From Paraspadella gotoi (Eukaryota; Animalia; Chaetognatha), in the NCBI GenBank assembly GCA_051294375.1, contig CM119268.1, forward strand, positions 23,631,938 to 23,695,937: DNA of 64,000 bases, in the 5' to 3' direction. The notes under the pieces were generated by a model that did no database searches, was not told where the DNA came from, and saw only the letters and a list, made by a program, of their open reading frames with translations. Positions 10,901 through 24,060 of this stretch are shown here, in pieces; position 1 is the first letter of the stretch; the number at the start of each line of letters is the position of its first letter. The position numbers and the translations under genes are program-made.

Positions 10901-13900
10901 TATTTTTTCATAATTTGATGTTATGATATGATCTAAGTGACATATTTTCGGGAAGGACCGACGGTCCAACAAATTTTAATCAACAATATTTACTCCTGAT
11001 TTTCATTGGTATACCTAATACTTATCCAATTTACAGTGTCCGCGATTAATCCCTAATTGATGAATTTTATGAATTATTCTTTTATTTTTAGTGCTATTAG
11101 TGCTATTAGTCTTGCTCAATGCTTATTTATCGTATGAACTGTCAAATTGTTTCTTTTATTTCAGAAAAAAATTTAGAGCCAGAATCTGTAGTGAGCAGAT
11201 CCAGCTAATAATTTAAATATTTTTTTTCTTAATTGAAAATTAGTGAATACAAAAAATTAGGGAGAAAATGAGATGCCTTCTAAACCCTTAAACCACCAAA
11301 ATAAAATATGTTATATGATATTTTAATGTTTGGATCACAAAAAATGACTACAACGTTTTTACCTTTTTTCCCGTTTTAAATGCTGAAGATGACAGAATTT
11401 TTGATAACATGTTTTATATTTTTGATTCAACTTTTTTATGAAGAATCTGAATCTTTATTAAAGATTTAAAAAAATATATTTTTAAAATTTACTATTTTAT
11501 AAGAATATTACTACAAATATGTTATATTTTACTATTCTGTTCCCGAGACAATATGAACAAAATATTTTTGTACTAGTTAATCATAATATCTCACATCTAA
11601 ATATCATTCAAATAATCTTTTGGTTCTTGAGTGCTCCACTCTACTGTCCAAAGTTAGGGGCAAGATAGCTTATTTATTAAATGAATGGATAATTTTTATA
11701 TTGGTTGTACCAATTTCATAAAAAGTAAAGAAAATGATACAAAAACAAATTTGAGAAACAATGCTAGCCATAGCCGATGAAATTTAAATGCTAATGTATA
11801 CAGCGTTAAATAATCTATCATGACCGTAGATTATGGTATTAAAATATTTTTTTTCAAAAATGCTTTCTTCTGAGAGTACTCGCCTAATTAAAAATATTAT
11901 ATTACTATATAGAGCAAAAAATATTTTTTTAAAATCTTAAAATTTTTTGATGGTTTTGATATCTGATAGAGCATAAAAAGTTAAACAAGAAATATAATTA
12001 CAGCTTTTAAAAATTCTTACGTTTTCTAAGTGAAAATATAGGAAAACTGATAAAATCATCGAAAGATGATGATAATGATGATTTTTTATAGTTTTTCTTA
12101 TTTTGACACACTTATCATAAAATATTTTTTTAAAAAATCATACTTTGTGTAGACAACTTTTTACGAGCTATCTGAATCTGGTCTTAAAATTAAAAAATTC
12201 CCAAAAAATTTTTTGACCTTTCTTATCTATAAATAAATATTAAAAAATTAATTACTAGGGTATAGAGCCATATTAGAAATTTTTGTCCATTGAAAGTATT
12301 CTTAAAAATGTCTAAATATTCGTTTGAGCTTGTACTCACTCTAAATTTTTGACTCACCCCATTGAGTGCGGCTACCCCTAACAATGCCGGATCTGCCCAC
12401 GATATTAGCAGTAAGCAGCTGATCGGATTTATATAATTAATAAGTTAAAGAAAAAATTAATTAATATTAATTTTTTTATTTGTGCAAAATCGTTTTCCAC
12501 TTTGTCTCGCCTCTCAATCACAAAACAATAATCTTGAAAAAAAAATTGATTAATATTTAATTAATTCTTATTTATTATTAATTAATTAGTGCAGCTTGTA
12601 TTTACATTTAATATAAAACTAAAAAAAGCATAATCAAATAGTGAAATATATTTTTTGTTTTTTCTATTTCAACTCATTTCCACTCAAACGATTCCATCTA
12701 AACTTGATTTCCTGCTCAATCATACAATTTCCTACCCACATTCAAAATTTCAAGTCAATTGCCTCATCCATTCATGAGTAAATTGGCTTTCAAATAGTGA
12801 AATATATTTTTTTGTTTTTTTCATTTTAACTCATTTCCACTCGGACGATTCCATCGAAACTTCATATCAAGCTCAATCACACACTTTCCTACCCACACAC
12901 AAAATTTCATTTCAATCCATCCATCCAATCACGAGTAATTGGAGTTTTTTGTTAGGGTGGGACAGACAGACAGACAGACAGATTGTGGTGTAGATGGACT
13001 GACCGGATTTAATTAACAAAAATTATTAAGAGAAAGAAAAATCACCATGTAGGTGCAACTGTTGACATCGATCAAAGCTCGAACCAGTTCCATCTTGTGA
13101 ACGTGTGAATCTTCTAGGTGGCGTCCAGGTGGAAGATGATCCGGGGACCAATAATCTCTCACGCCTCTCATTGATTCGTGAAGGTCATTTGCAGTCTTGA
13201 AATTTTTTAAAATTTAACAAAAAAAGTAAAATTAATGTATTATGTATCATTATAAGATATAACAATATAGCTAGAACATACAAACTTTCAATCGCGATTC
13301 TCACTCAGCATAATTCATTGACTTAATTTTTTTTTGTTAGCACTGAAGACTTAAATAATCTCTAAACTGTTTCAATTAAATTAAAGATTAATTGATTAAT
13401 TGGACTTTTAATTTTATGACAAGTATTTAATCACAAATCAGGATTTGTCAGCTTAATCCAGACTCACTCTGTAAACTTGATAGCGAGACATGTCATCGTG
13501 TGAGGTAGCAGGCATGTGCCTTTCTAATTCGCCTGGGATTCTCATCATATCCATAATTTTTTCCACATAATCTTGATCAAGGTTATTGTTTCTCTTTATG
13601 CTTGACATAAACTCAAGAAATGACATATTCTTAACAAAGACTGGGTCTTCCATCTTTCTGTGGTGGGTGAAGTTTTTTGGTCGATTCCACGGCATGTTCG
13701 GATTGTTGTGTTCCATCTTGTATGAACTCATGTATTTCCACATTTTTTCGAGCGTACCTTGTATATCGTAAATATGCAATGATGTTAAAACCTTTTTCAG
13801 TGTGTGCGACATTTTATCCACGTCTTGCTTGAAGGGACAATAAGCGTAACCGTCGCTTCCCGTTGGATGAAATTTTACCGCCATCTGAATTAAAAACATA

Positions 13901-14671
13901 TTTAAGAATTAAGAAGTTGTAGGCTGGAACAAATAAATTAGGTTTTCTTTGCTATATCTAAACCGTTCTGTACCTGGGATTTAAGTTTTTTTTTATTTAT
14001 TAAGAATTGACTTTAAGTAAAGTAATTTTGTTAATTAATAATGACTGATAAAACAAAGCTATAACATTTTTAGTTATTTTTCATAATAATCCAGTATAAA
14101 AAAATGACAAATAAGTTTTTTCTGTGTTCCGCCTTAATGTATGTGTTTTAAGCTTTTGTTGTCCCTGAATCATGTAGTTCTCAATTTAGTTCAAACTTTC
14201 AAATTTAATCTAATTTACTATTTAGTTTGATATAGTAAAACACATGATCCCGCCATTTTTCATAAAAAAAGTTTTGTATCAAATATGTATGTAATTAAAT
14301 AAATCCCACACATTTAAAATGCTGTTTCAAACATAACCATTAACCATTACCTACTGATCATAAAAATAATAGCAAAAGAAAACTTACCTTTTCGATTTCA
14401 CATTTTCTATTTAGTAATTCAACGACCATCCAGACTTTTCCGTTTCTATCACAACGACATTCCATCGTTGCTTCAGGTTTATTCTTAAAGCTAATCAGAC
14501 TTGAAGCTGAGAAGTAAAAATTAGGTCAGAAAAAAAAATCATAATATCATTCATATCAAAGAAATTTAAATAAAATAGATGAGATTTTACTGTAAAATAT
14601 TTGCACATTCAGGGACTTCAATCTGGAGTTTCTGGACCGATACAAAAAAACTTGATTAAACTGGTCTTTCA
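1698..14671 (-). CDS. Multi-exon type-I membrane glycoprotein: ZP-like domain, furin site, Sushi/CCP, calcium-binding EGF, SEA, EGF, transmembrane helix, short tail (5' end incomplete)
   Basis: Exons in transcript order, all GT-AG with matching phases: 14591-14671 (less certain), 14388-14506, 13468-13884, 13046-13195, 9877-10457, 8046-8138, 7699-7852, 7010-7074, 6279-6536, 5594-5868, 4385-4614, 2987-3084, 2592-2716, 2256-2384, 1698-1909 (TGA). Motifs: ACFTFQAFEW...MECDVDIC...PC (ZP-C-like) then HRRKRS; CESRPSLSNG...ATFKCDEGF...QRC...W...PSC (Sushi); DVNECLQNPC...CINTIGSFLCKCPKG (cbEGF); SFSGTF...SPQL...EF...LKFERGS (SEA-like); CSLRDRNDCGANAIC...FTCECLQGY...PGRKC (EGF); LIIGLAVVTILLFLTIIVLGFIVCC-RRRR (TM plus stop-transfer). 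Confidence 0.88.
3292..3980 (+). mobile_element. Helentron/DINE-1-like non-autonomous element
   Basis: Starts aacaagttt...tcggatctgcccacgatc, has an internal (GGAC)n tract and a duplicated acgattccatcgaaact block, and ends in the hairpin ggatctgc-tgaaa-gcagatcc-gactaaaa whose arm repeats the 5' subterminal cggatctgc. The family assignment is inferred from structure only. Confidence 0.65.
4136..4301. mobile_element. Palindromic Penelope-type pLTR remnant with degenerate hammerhead motif
   Basis: ~65-bp inverted arms (ttggga...acatgtttcggcttgcat / atgcaagccgaaacatgt...cccaa). The plus strand has CTGAAGA-a-gatttgcatgcaagcc-GAAAC-AT-GTA at 4216-4249. Confidence 0.6.
5282..5577. mobile_element. 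TTAGGG-like TIR element copy (mirror at ~26338-26630)
   Basis: ggctctctttttcagagggccccattt ... aaatggggcgatctgaaaaaacaaggcc with an internal cctaa tract. Confidence 0.55.
7152..7695. mobile_element. TTAGGG-like element with tandemly amplified terminal unit (mirror at ~24245-24775)
   Basis: TTAGGG-like tract at 7220-7370, then roughly seven degenerate copies of aaatggggcactttcggaaaagagagccaaaa at ~7430-7695. Confidence 0.5.
8848..9442. mobile_element. ~600-bp MITE (TAG...CTA), 7-bp TSD ctgttgt
   Basis: Ends tagccatagccg / cggctaccccta; ctgttgt at 8841-8847 and 9443-9449. Near-identical to 11765-12380; mirrored at ~22497-23091. Confidence 0.85.
9682..9795. mobile_element. Back-to-back Penelope-type hammerhead/pLTR remnant (mirrored at ~22145-22262)
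   Basis: Minus strand gactg-CTGATGA-a-gactt(gaatta)aagtc-GAAAC; plus strand gaagacttaaattaaagttgaaacatgttcactc. The downstream tail also occurs inverted at ~8591-8636. Confidence 0.55.
10492..11210 (+). mobile_element. Helentron/DINE-like element copy (mirror at ~20750-21458)
   Basis: Same 5' end (aacaagtttgagc...cagatttgcccacaatc), GACA/GGAC tract and a degenerate 3' hairpin. Confidence 0.6.
11765..12380. mobile_element. ~600-bp MITE (same family), 7-bp TSD acaatgc, nested in a Helentron/DINE-like element
   Basis: acaatgc at 11758-11764 and 12381-12387. Removing the insert restores aaacaaatttgagaaacaatgccggatctgcccacgat, the 5' end of the DINE-like family. Mirrored at ~19592-20200. Confidence 0.85.
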
Positions 14672-14911
14672 CTGTATATTATTTTTATAACATTTATTAG
14701 TTAGAAAACTACTTGACGTTTATGTTGACCTAAAAAAAGCTCAAATTTCTCTAAAATGCGGAATAACTTTTTTTCATTTTTTTCGTCCAAATTTTAACAG
14801 TTTTTAACAATTTAACAATTTTTAATGATGGTTGTGTAGTTAATACTAGTTATCTGTTATAAAAATAATTTTTTTTGGTAATAAAAAGTCAGTTTGGTGA
14901 TTTGTAATTAT

Positions 14912-15726
14912 AACAAGTTTTAGCAACCAATGTCGGATCTGCCCACGATCATTAAGCGGACTAATTATAATTACGCGTACATAATTAATTAAACTAATTT
15001 GATCCCAAATGTTGTTTTTAGTTCTTTTCGTCAACGACGACGATGATGACGACAATAATGCCGATAATGATTGTCTTACTTGATTGATTAATTGATTGTG
15101 ATTAAAAATTAATTAATTGATAAATAAATTGATTGATTGAATGATAATTAATAGTTAAATAAATTGATTGATTGAATAATCAATTTATTGATTATTATTA
15201 TTGATTAATTAATTTACTAATTATTAACTTAGTAATTATTTGATTACTAGTACATCTTGCTATTACATTATAAAAATAAAAAGAATCAATTGGTGAAACA
15301 TGTTTTTTTTTTGGTTTTTTTTCCATTTAAACCTCATTCCACTCAGACGATTCCATCGAAACTTGATTTTCAGCTAAATCACACACTTTCCTACCTACAT
15401 ACAAAATTTTAGTCAATTGCCCCATCCACTCATGAGTAATTGTGCGTTCAAATAATGAAATCTACTTTTTCCATTTAAACTCAGTTCTACTCGCACGATC
15501 CCATCGAAACTTCATATCCCGCTCAATCACACACTTTCATAGCCAGTGGCTAAGTTTGCCAGTTTGCTAAGGTGGGACGGACGGACGGACGGACCTAATT
15601 TTTTTTTCATAATTTATTATAATTTTAAGGTTGCTGGGATAAGGATAATAATGATTTACCGACAAGATTTTGGGGTGTGACCGACGGACCGACAAAGTGA
15701 ATTATAGAGTGAGAGTCCGACTAAAA
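14912..15726 (+). mobile_element. Helentron/DINE-like element copy (mirror at ~16268-17081); a further copy lies at 11742-12983
   Basis: aacaagttttagcaaccaatgtcggatctgcccacgatc start, (GGAC)n tract, and gaccgacaaagtgaattatagagt end with the hairpin deleted. Confidence 0.6.
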
Positions 15727-17320
15727 AACATGAAGGATTGATAGTAATATCCACTTTCAAAGTAAAAATTTCTAAGTAAAAAATGCTTCTTCAGAAATTT
15801 ATATGTTTATAACATATATACTATCCTTGCTAGGATGTTATGAATTGGTGGAAAAAAAAGTCTAGTATTTTTCTATTAGTATGAAAACATTTTATAACCT
15901 GATTGCTTTTCGTTTCAATTATGAAAATTGAAAAATTACTTGTTTCACTATTTTAATTTTTAGATTTTATAATATTCATTAAAGTATCCATTATTGAATT
16001 TGTAATATCTAACTTTAATGAATATTATAAAATCTAAAAATTAAAATAGTGAAACAAGTAATTTTCAATTTTCATAATTGAAACGAAAAGCAATCAGGTT
16101 ATAAAATGTTTTCATACTAATAGAAAAATACTAGACTTTTTTTTCCACCAATTCATAACATCCTAGCAAGGATAGTATATATGTTATAAACATATAAATT
16201 TCTGAAGAAGCATTTTTACTTAGAAATTTTTACTTTGAAAGTGGATATTACTATCAATCCTTCATGTTTTTAGTCGGACTCTCACTCTATAATTCACTTT
16301 GTCGGTCCGTCGGTCACACCCAAAATCTTGTCGTAAATCATTATTATCTTATCAGAACCTTAAATTATAATAAATTATGAAAAAAAAATTAGGTCCGTCC
16401 GTCCGTCCGTCCCACCTTAGCAAACTGGCAAACTTAGCCACTGGCTATGAAAGTGTGTGATTGAGCTGGATATGAAGTTTCGATGGGATCGTGCGAGTAG
16501 AACTGAGTTTAAATGGAAAAAGTAGATTTCATTATTTGAACGCCAATTACTCATGAGTGGATGGGGCAATTGACTTAAAATTTTGTATGTAGGTAGGAAA
16601 GTGTGTGATTTAGCTGAAAATCAAGTTTCGATGGAATCGTCTGAGTGGAAATGAGTTTAAATGGAAAAAAAACCAAAAAAAAACCTGTTTCACCAATTGA
16701 TTCTTTTTATTTTTATAATGTAAATGCAAGATGTACTAAGTAATCAAATAATTACTAAGTTAATTAATTAGTAAATTAATTAATCAATAATTAAATAATC
16801 AATAAATTGATTATTCAATCAATCAATTTATTTATCTATTAATTAATCATTCAATCAATCAATTTATTTATCAATTAATTAATTATTTAATCAATCAATC
16901 AATTAATCAATCAAGTAAGACAATCATTATCGGCATTATTGTCGTCATCATCGTCGTCGTTGACGAAAAGAACTAAAAACAAACATTTGGGATCAAATTA
17001 GTTAATTAATTAATTACCTAATAATTAATTAATTTCCGTTAATGATCGTGGCAGATCCGACATTGGTTGCTAAAACTTGTTATAATAACAAATCACCAAA
17101 CTGACCTTTTATTACCAAAAAAATTTATTTTTATAACAGATAACTAGTATTAACTACACAACCATCATTAAAAATTGTTAAATTGTTAAAAACTGTTAAA
17201 ATTTGGACAAAAAAATGAAAAAAAGTGATTCCGCACTTAGAGAAATTTGAACATTTTTTTAGGTCAACATAAACATCAAGTAGTTTTCTAACTAATAAAT
17301 GTTATAAAAATAATATACAG

Positions 17321-20300
17321 TGAAAGACCAGTTTAATCAAGTTTTTTGTATCGGTCCAGATTGAAGTCCCTGAATGTGCAAATATTTTACAGTAAAATCT
17401 CATCTATTTTATTTAAATTTCTTTGATATGAATGATATTATGATTTTTTTTTCTGACCTATTTTTACTTCTCAGCTTCAAGTCTGATTAGCTTTAAGAAT
17501 AAACCTGAAGCAACGATGGAATGTCGTTGTGATAGAAACGGAAAAGTCTGGATGGTCGTTGAATTACTAAATAGAAAATGTGAAATCGAAAAGATAAGTT
17601 TTCTTTTGCTATTATTTTTATGATCAGTAGGTAATGGTTAATGGTTATGTTTGAACAGCATTTTAAATGTGTGGGATTTATTTAATTACATACATATTTG
17701 ATACAAACTTTTTTTATGAAAAACGGCGGATCATGTGTTTTACTATATCAAACTGAATAGTAAATTAGATTAAATTTGAAAGTTTGAACTAAATTGAGAA
17801 CTACATGATTCAGGGACAACAAAAGCTTAAAACACATACATTAAGGCGGAACACAGAAAAAACTTATTTGTCATTTTTTTATACTGGATTATTATGAAAA
17901 ATAACTAAAAATGTTATAGCTTTGTTTATCAGTCATTATTAATTAACAAAATTACTTTACTTAAAGTCAATTCTTAATAAATCAAAAAAAAACTTAAATC
18001 CCAGGTACAGAACGGTTTAGATATAGCAAAGAAACCTAATTTTTTTGTTCCAGCCTACAACTTCTTAATTCTTAAATATGTTTTTAATTCAGATGGCGGT
18101 AAAATTTCATCCAACGGGAAGCGACGGTTACGCTTATTGTCCCTTCAAGCAAGACGTGGATAAAATGTCGCACACACTGAAAAGGTTTTAACATCATTGC
18201 ATATTTACGATATACAAGGTACGCTCGAAAAAATGTGGAAATACATGAGTTCATACAAGATGGAACACAACAATCCGAACATGCCGTGGAATCGACCAAA
18301 AAACTTCACCCACCACAGAAAGATAGAAGACCCAGTCTTTGTTAAGAATATGTCATTTCTTGAGTTTATGTCAAGCATAAAGAGAAACAATAACCTTGAT
18401 CAAGATTATGTGGAAAAAATTATGGATATGATGAGAATCCCAGGCGAATTAGAAAGGCACATGCCTGCTACCTCACACGATGACATGTCTCGCTATCAAG
18501 TTTACAGAGTGAGTCTGGATTAAGCTGACAAATCCTGATTTGTGATTAAATACTTGTCATAAAATTAAAAGTCCAATTAATCAATTAATCTTTAATTTAA
18601 TTGAAACAGTTTAGAGATTATTTAAGTCTTCAGTGCTAACAAAAAAAATTAAGTCAATGAATTATGCTGAGTGAGAATCGCGATTGAAAGTTTGTATGTT
18701 CTAGCTATGTTGTTATATATCTTATAATGATACATAATACATTAATTTTACTTTTTTTGTTAAATTTTAAAAAATTTCAAGACTGCAAATGACCTTCACG
18801 AATCAATGAGAGGCGTGAGAGATTATTGGTCCCCGGATCATCTTCCACCTGGACGCCACCTAGAAGATTCACACGTTCACAAGATGGAACTGGTTCGAGC
18901 TTTGATCGATGTCAACAGTTGCACCTACATGGTGATTTTTCTTTCTCTTAATAATTTTTGTTAATTAAATCCGGTCAGTCCATCTACACCACAATCTGTC
19001 TGTCTGTCTGTCTGTCCCACCCTAACAAAAAACTCCAATTACTCGTGATTGGATGGATGGATTGAAATGAAATTTTGTGTGTGGGTAGGAAAGTGTGTGA
19101 TTGAGCTTGATATGAAGTTCGATGAATCGTCCGAGTGGAAATGAGTTAAAATGAAAAAAACAAAAAATATATTTCACTATTTGAAAGCCAATTTACTCAT
19201 GAATGGATGAGGCAATTGACTTGAAATTTTGAATGTGGGTAGGAAATTGTATGATTGAGCAGGAAATCAAGTTTAGATGGAATCGTTTGAGTGGAAATGA
19301 GTTGAAATAGAAAAAACAAAAAATATATTTCACTATTTGATTATGCTTTTTTTAGTTTTATATTAAATGTAAATACAAGCTGCACTAATTAATTAATAAT
19401 AAATAAGAATTAATTAAATATTAATCAATTTTTTTTTCAAGATTATTGTTTTGTGATTGAGAGGCGAGACAAAGTGGAAAACGATTTTGCACAAATAAAA
19501 AAATTAATATTAATTAATTTTTTCTTTAACTTATTAATTAATAATCCGATCAGCTGCTTACTGCTAATGATCGTGGGCAGATCCGGCATTGTAGGGGAAG
19601 CCGCACTCAATGGGTGAGTCAAAAATTTAGAGTGAGTACAAGCTCAAACGAATATTTAGACATTTTTAAGAATACTTTCAATGGACAAAAATTTCTAATA
19701 TGGCTCTATACCCTAGTAATTAATTTTTTAATATTTATTTATAGATAAGAAAGGTCAAAAAATTTTTTTGGAATTTTTTAATTTTAAGACCAGATTCAGA
19801 TAGCTCGTAAAAAGTTGTCTACACAAAGTATGATTTTTAAAAAATATTTTATGATAAGTGTGTCAAAAATAAGAAAAACTATAAAAAATCATCATTATCA
19901 TCATCTTTCGATGATTTTATCAGTTTTCCTATATTTTCACTTAGAAAACGTAAGAATTTTTAAAAGCTGTAATTATATTTCTTGTTCAACTTTTTATGCT
20001 ATATCAGAATCCATCAAAAATTTTAAGATTTTAAAAAAATATTTTTGCTCTATATAGTAATATAATATTTTTTAATTAGGCGAGTACTCTCAGAAGAAAG
20101 CATTTTTGAAAAAAAATATTTTAATACCATAATCTATGGTCATGATAGATTATTTTTAACGCTGTATACATTAGCATTTAAATTTCATCGGCTATGGCTA
20201 GCATTGTTTCTCAAATTTGTTTTTGTATCATTTTCTTTACTTTTTATGAAATTGGTACAACAATATAAAAATTATCCATTCATTTAATAAATAAGCTATC

Positions 20301-23300
20301 TTGCCCCTAACTTTGGACAGTAGAGTGGAGCACTCAAGAACCAAAAGATTATTTGAATGATATTTAGATGTGAGATATTATGATTAACTAGTACAAAAAT
20401 ATTTTGTTCATATTGTCTCGGGAACAGAATAGTAAAATATAACATATTTGTAGTAATATTCTTATAAAATAGTAAATTTTAAAAATATATTTTTTAATCT
20501 TTAATAAAGATTCAGATTCTTCATAAAAAAGTTGAATCAAAATATAAACATGTTATCAAAATTCTGTCATCTTCAGCATTTAAAACGGGAAAAAAGGTAA
20601 AAACGTTGTAGTCATTTTTTGTGATCCAAACATTAAAATATCATATAACATATTTTATTTGGTGGTTTAAGGGTTTAGAAGGCATCTCATTTTCTCCCTA
20701 ATTTTTTGTATTCACTAATTTTCAATAAGAAAAAAAATATTTAAATTATTAGCTGGATCTGCTCACTACAGATTCTGGCTCTAAATTTTTTTCTGAAATA
20801 AAAGAAACAATTTGACAGTTCATACGATAAATAAGCATTGAGCAAGACTAATAGCACTAATAGCACTAAAAATAAAAGAATAATTCATAAATTCATCAAT
20901 TAGGGATTAATCGCGGACACTGTAAATTGGATAAGTATTAGGTATACCAATGAAAATCAGGAGTAAATATTGTTGATTAAAATTTGTTGGACCGTCGGTC
21001 CTTCCCGAAATATGTCACTTAGATCATATCATAACATCAAATTATAAAAAAATATAAACAAAATAATTGATGTCCGTATTTCTTTTCCTTTGTCCATCTG
21101 TCTGTTTGTTTGTCTGTCTATCGTCCGTCCTTCCCATTAGCATTAAACTTCAATTACTCATATTTAGATGGATAGATTGGAATGAAATGTTGTGTGTCGG
21201 CAGGGAAGTGTGTGCTTGAGCTGAATATAAAATTTCGATGGAATTGTGCAAGTAAAAATGAGTTCAATATAAAAACAAAAACCTATTTTAATTTTTGAAT
21301 ATGCTTATCTATATCAAATGTAAATGCAATCTGCATTAACTAATTAATTACCTAATAATGAAATAATATAAATGCAAATTAATTAATTAATTAATTAATT
21401 AATTATCATCTGCTTACCGCTAATGATTGTGGGCAAATCTGGCATAGCTCAAACTTGTTAAACAATTCATTAACTTTCTTTTTTTCTTTAGAAGCTGAGC
21501 CTAACTATTACCCTCGAGGACGAAGCCTTACTCATGACTTTAAATTTCGGCGACCCTCTATGTCACGTACAGTGAAAAATGCTTTAACGACTCACTGCCT
21601 GACCCTGAAAAAGAAGAAAAAGAAGAAAAAGAAGAAATGGAGGAATCAGTGAAAGGGTCAAAGTTTGAAATTGATCTAAGGAAAGCGTTGAAAGAAGCAT
21701 CTGAGATTGTTAATCGACTTTTTACGGGTGCTGTTAACGCGACCATTATGCAAAAGATCACAGACAAATTATTTCTCGGTTTGAACGAAACCGTAATCGA
21801 TATTAAATTTGTATCCATCCTCAAAAGAATTTCGACCGATTTAAAGGAGTAACAGCTTTAAATATCTTCGTTCCTCCATTGAATAGATATATCGCGGTAA
21901 ATCTTACTCTTGAAGAGGAAAATAAAATTGCAGCAAATATCAGCGACAGAGAAATATTTGTTTGTTCAAACGAAACCAATGTATTCGACTGTAGCGACAA
22001 TTTATCCAACTATGAATTCAACTACAATCGAAATAAAAGAAAAAAGAGAAAAAGAGTTGATCTCGTGTGAGTTTATTTGTCAATAATATTTCATGACATA
22101 AAAAGAATACTTCTCATTTCTCACTACATAAAGATGCTTAAACTTTTTTGAGAAAAAGTTTGAAATGATTCAACAACGATTTATTTTGAGAGAGTGAACA
22201 TGTTTCAACTTTAATTTAAGTCTTCGACTGCTGATGAAGACTTGAATTAAAGTCGAAACTAAAATGAAATATAAAATGAAAAAGGAATAAATTGAGTTAA
22301 TTAATGAATGAAAAGAAAAAGATATAAAATTATATGCTTATGTACAACAACTTATTAGATAAAATAAACATAACAGAACTTGAAATATTTTATTTTGAAT
22401 TATAAATATGTAAATAAAAATCCAATGGCAGTTGATAACGCTTCAGAATTTAGAAATATCTAAATTTGAAAAAAAAACCAATTTTTGGAACAACAGTAGG
22501 GGTAGCCGCTCTCAATGGGTGAGTCAAAATTTAGAGTGAGTACATGCTCAAACGAATATTTAGACATTTTTAAGAATACTTTCAATGGACAAAAAATTTC
22601 TAATATGGCTCTATACCCTAGTAATTATTTTTTTAATATTTATTTATAGATAGGAAAGGCCAAAACATTTTTTTAGAATTTTTAAATTATAGATAGCTCA
22701 TAAAAAGTTGTCTACACAAAGTATAATTCTTTTTAAATATTTTTACAATAAGTGTGTCAAAATAAGAAAAACCGTAAAAAATCATCATCATCATCATCTT
22801 TCGATGATTTTATCAGTTTTTTTTATATTTTCACTGAGAAAACGTAAGAATTTTTAAAGCTGTAATTATATTTCTTGTTTAACTTTTATGCTCTATCAGA
22901 ATCCATAAAAAATTTTAAGATTCAAAAAAAATATTTTTTGCTCTATATAGTAATATAATATTTTTAATTAGGCTAGTACCCTCAGAAGAAAGCATTTTTG
23001 ATAAAAAATATTTTAATACCATAATCTATGGTCATGATAGATAATTTTAATGCTGTATACATTAGCATTTAAATTTCATCGGCTATGGCTAACAACAGAA
23101 AGTTATAATTTGGGAAAACCTTTTGATTTTCGCCTATGAAAAAAAGGTCAAGAGGCGAACGCGCAACGTTTTTTGCGCCTCCGCATTCGCCTCCCTTCTC
23201 CCAATTTTTGTCTGTAGTCCGAGTTCACCACCTCAGAAAACATGCGCCTCCGCGCGTTTCTAGTTCGCTTCCCGGATCGCGTCTGCATCTCTGATTTCAA

Positions 23301-24021
23301 ACTCTCAAAATAAATCGTTGTTGAATTATTTCAAACTTTTTCTCAATATATAACACAACGATAGAAAGGATTTTACATAATTAAACTTTTTAATACTTTT
23401 TGTATTTATACCAAGGCAGAAGATTTACGTTTTTTGTTAAATGCGTATTTTACAAAAAAATTAAACTTTATATTACAAAAATATGTTATTTGTGTAATTT
23501 GAATTTATTAGACTAACATTTTAGAAACTTTGATATGTAAAAATGTTTTTTCACTTTAATAAGAAATTTGTTTTATTATAATCTTAACTCTTTAGAAAAA
23601 AAAAATTTAATCATAAATGAATACAATTTTTTCTAATTTATCATTATTTATCTGAATTAATTGAATGTAATAAGGTTTTTTTTCTGTAATTCGCATTTTT
23701 TTATTGGGAATAAGTTTATTGTTATATCTGTCATTTTAATTAATATTAATTAATTAATAACCTTTATTATTGAATTTTTTTCATAATCTATTCAGATGTC
23801 ATTACCGTGGAATGTCTCACCTTTCAGCATCTTTTCTCATCAACGATAGAACAGAAATAAAAACCTGCAACTAAAATTGAAATTATCGTGAGTAAAAAAA
23901 ATACTTTCATTGTTTATGTACAGTAACATTTTAAGGTAAACTTTCATTTGTTTCGAGAATAGCTACATGTAACTAAACTGACGCTTTTGGTAGTGTGAAA
24001 CTCAGAATAATCAGTAAAATG

Positions 24022-24060
<39 letters not shown>

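Noticed and set aside
15986-16011. Sequencing adapter at the palindrome centre
   Set aside because: The spacer atccattattgaatttgtaatatcta does not resemble a SMRTbell or Illumina adapter, so it does not by itself prove an artefact.
18093-18523. Independent plus-strand gene
   Set aside because: It is the frameshifted mirror of exon 13468-13884 within the palindrome.
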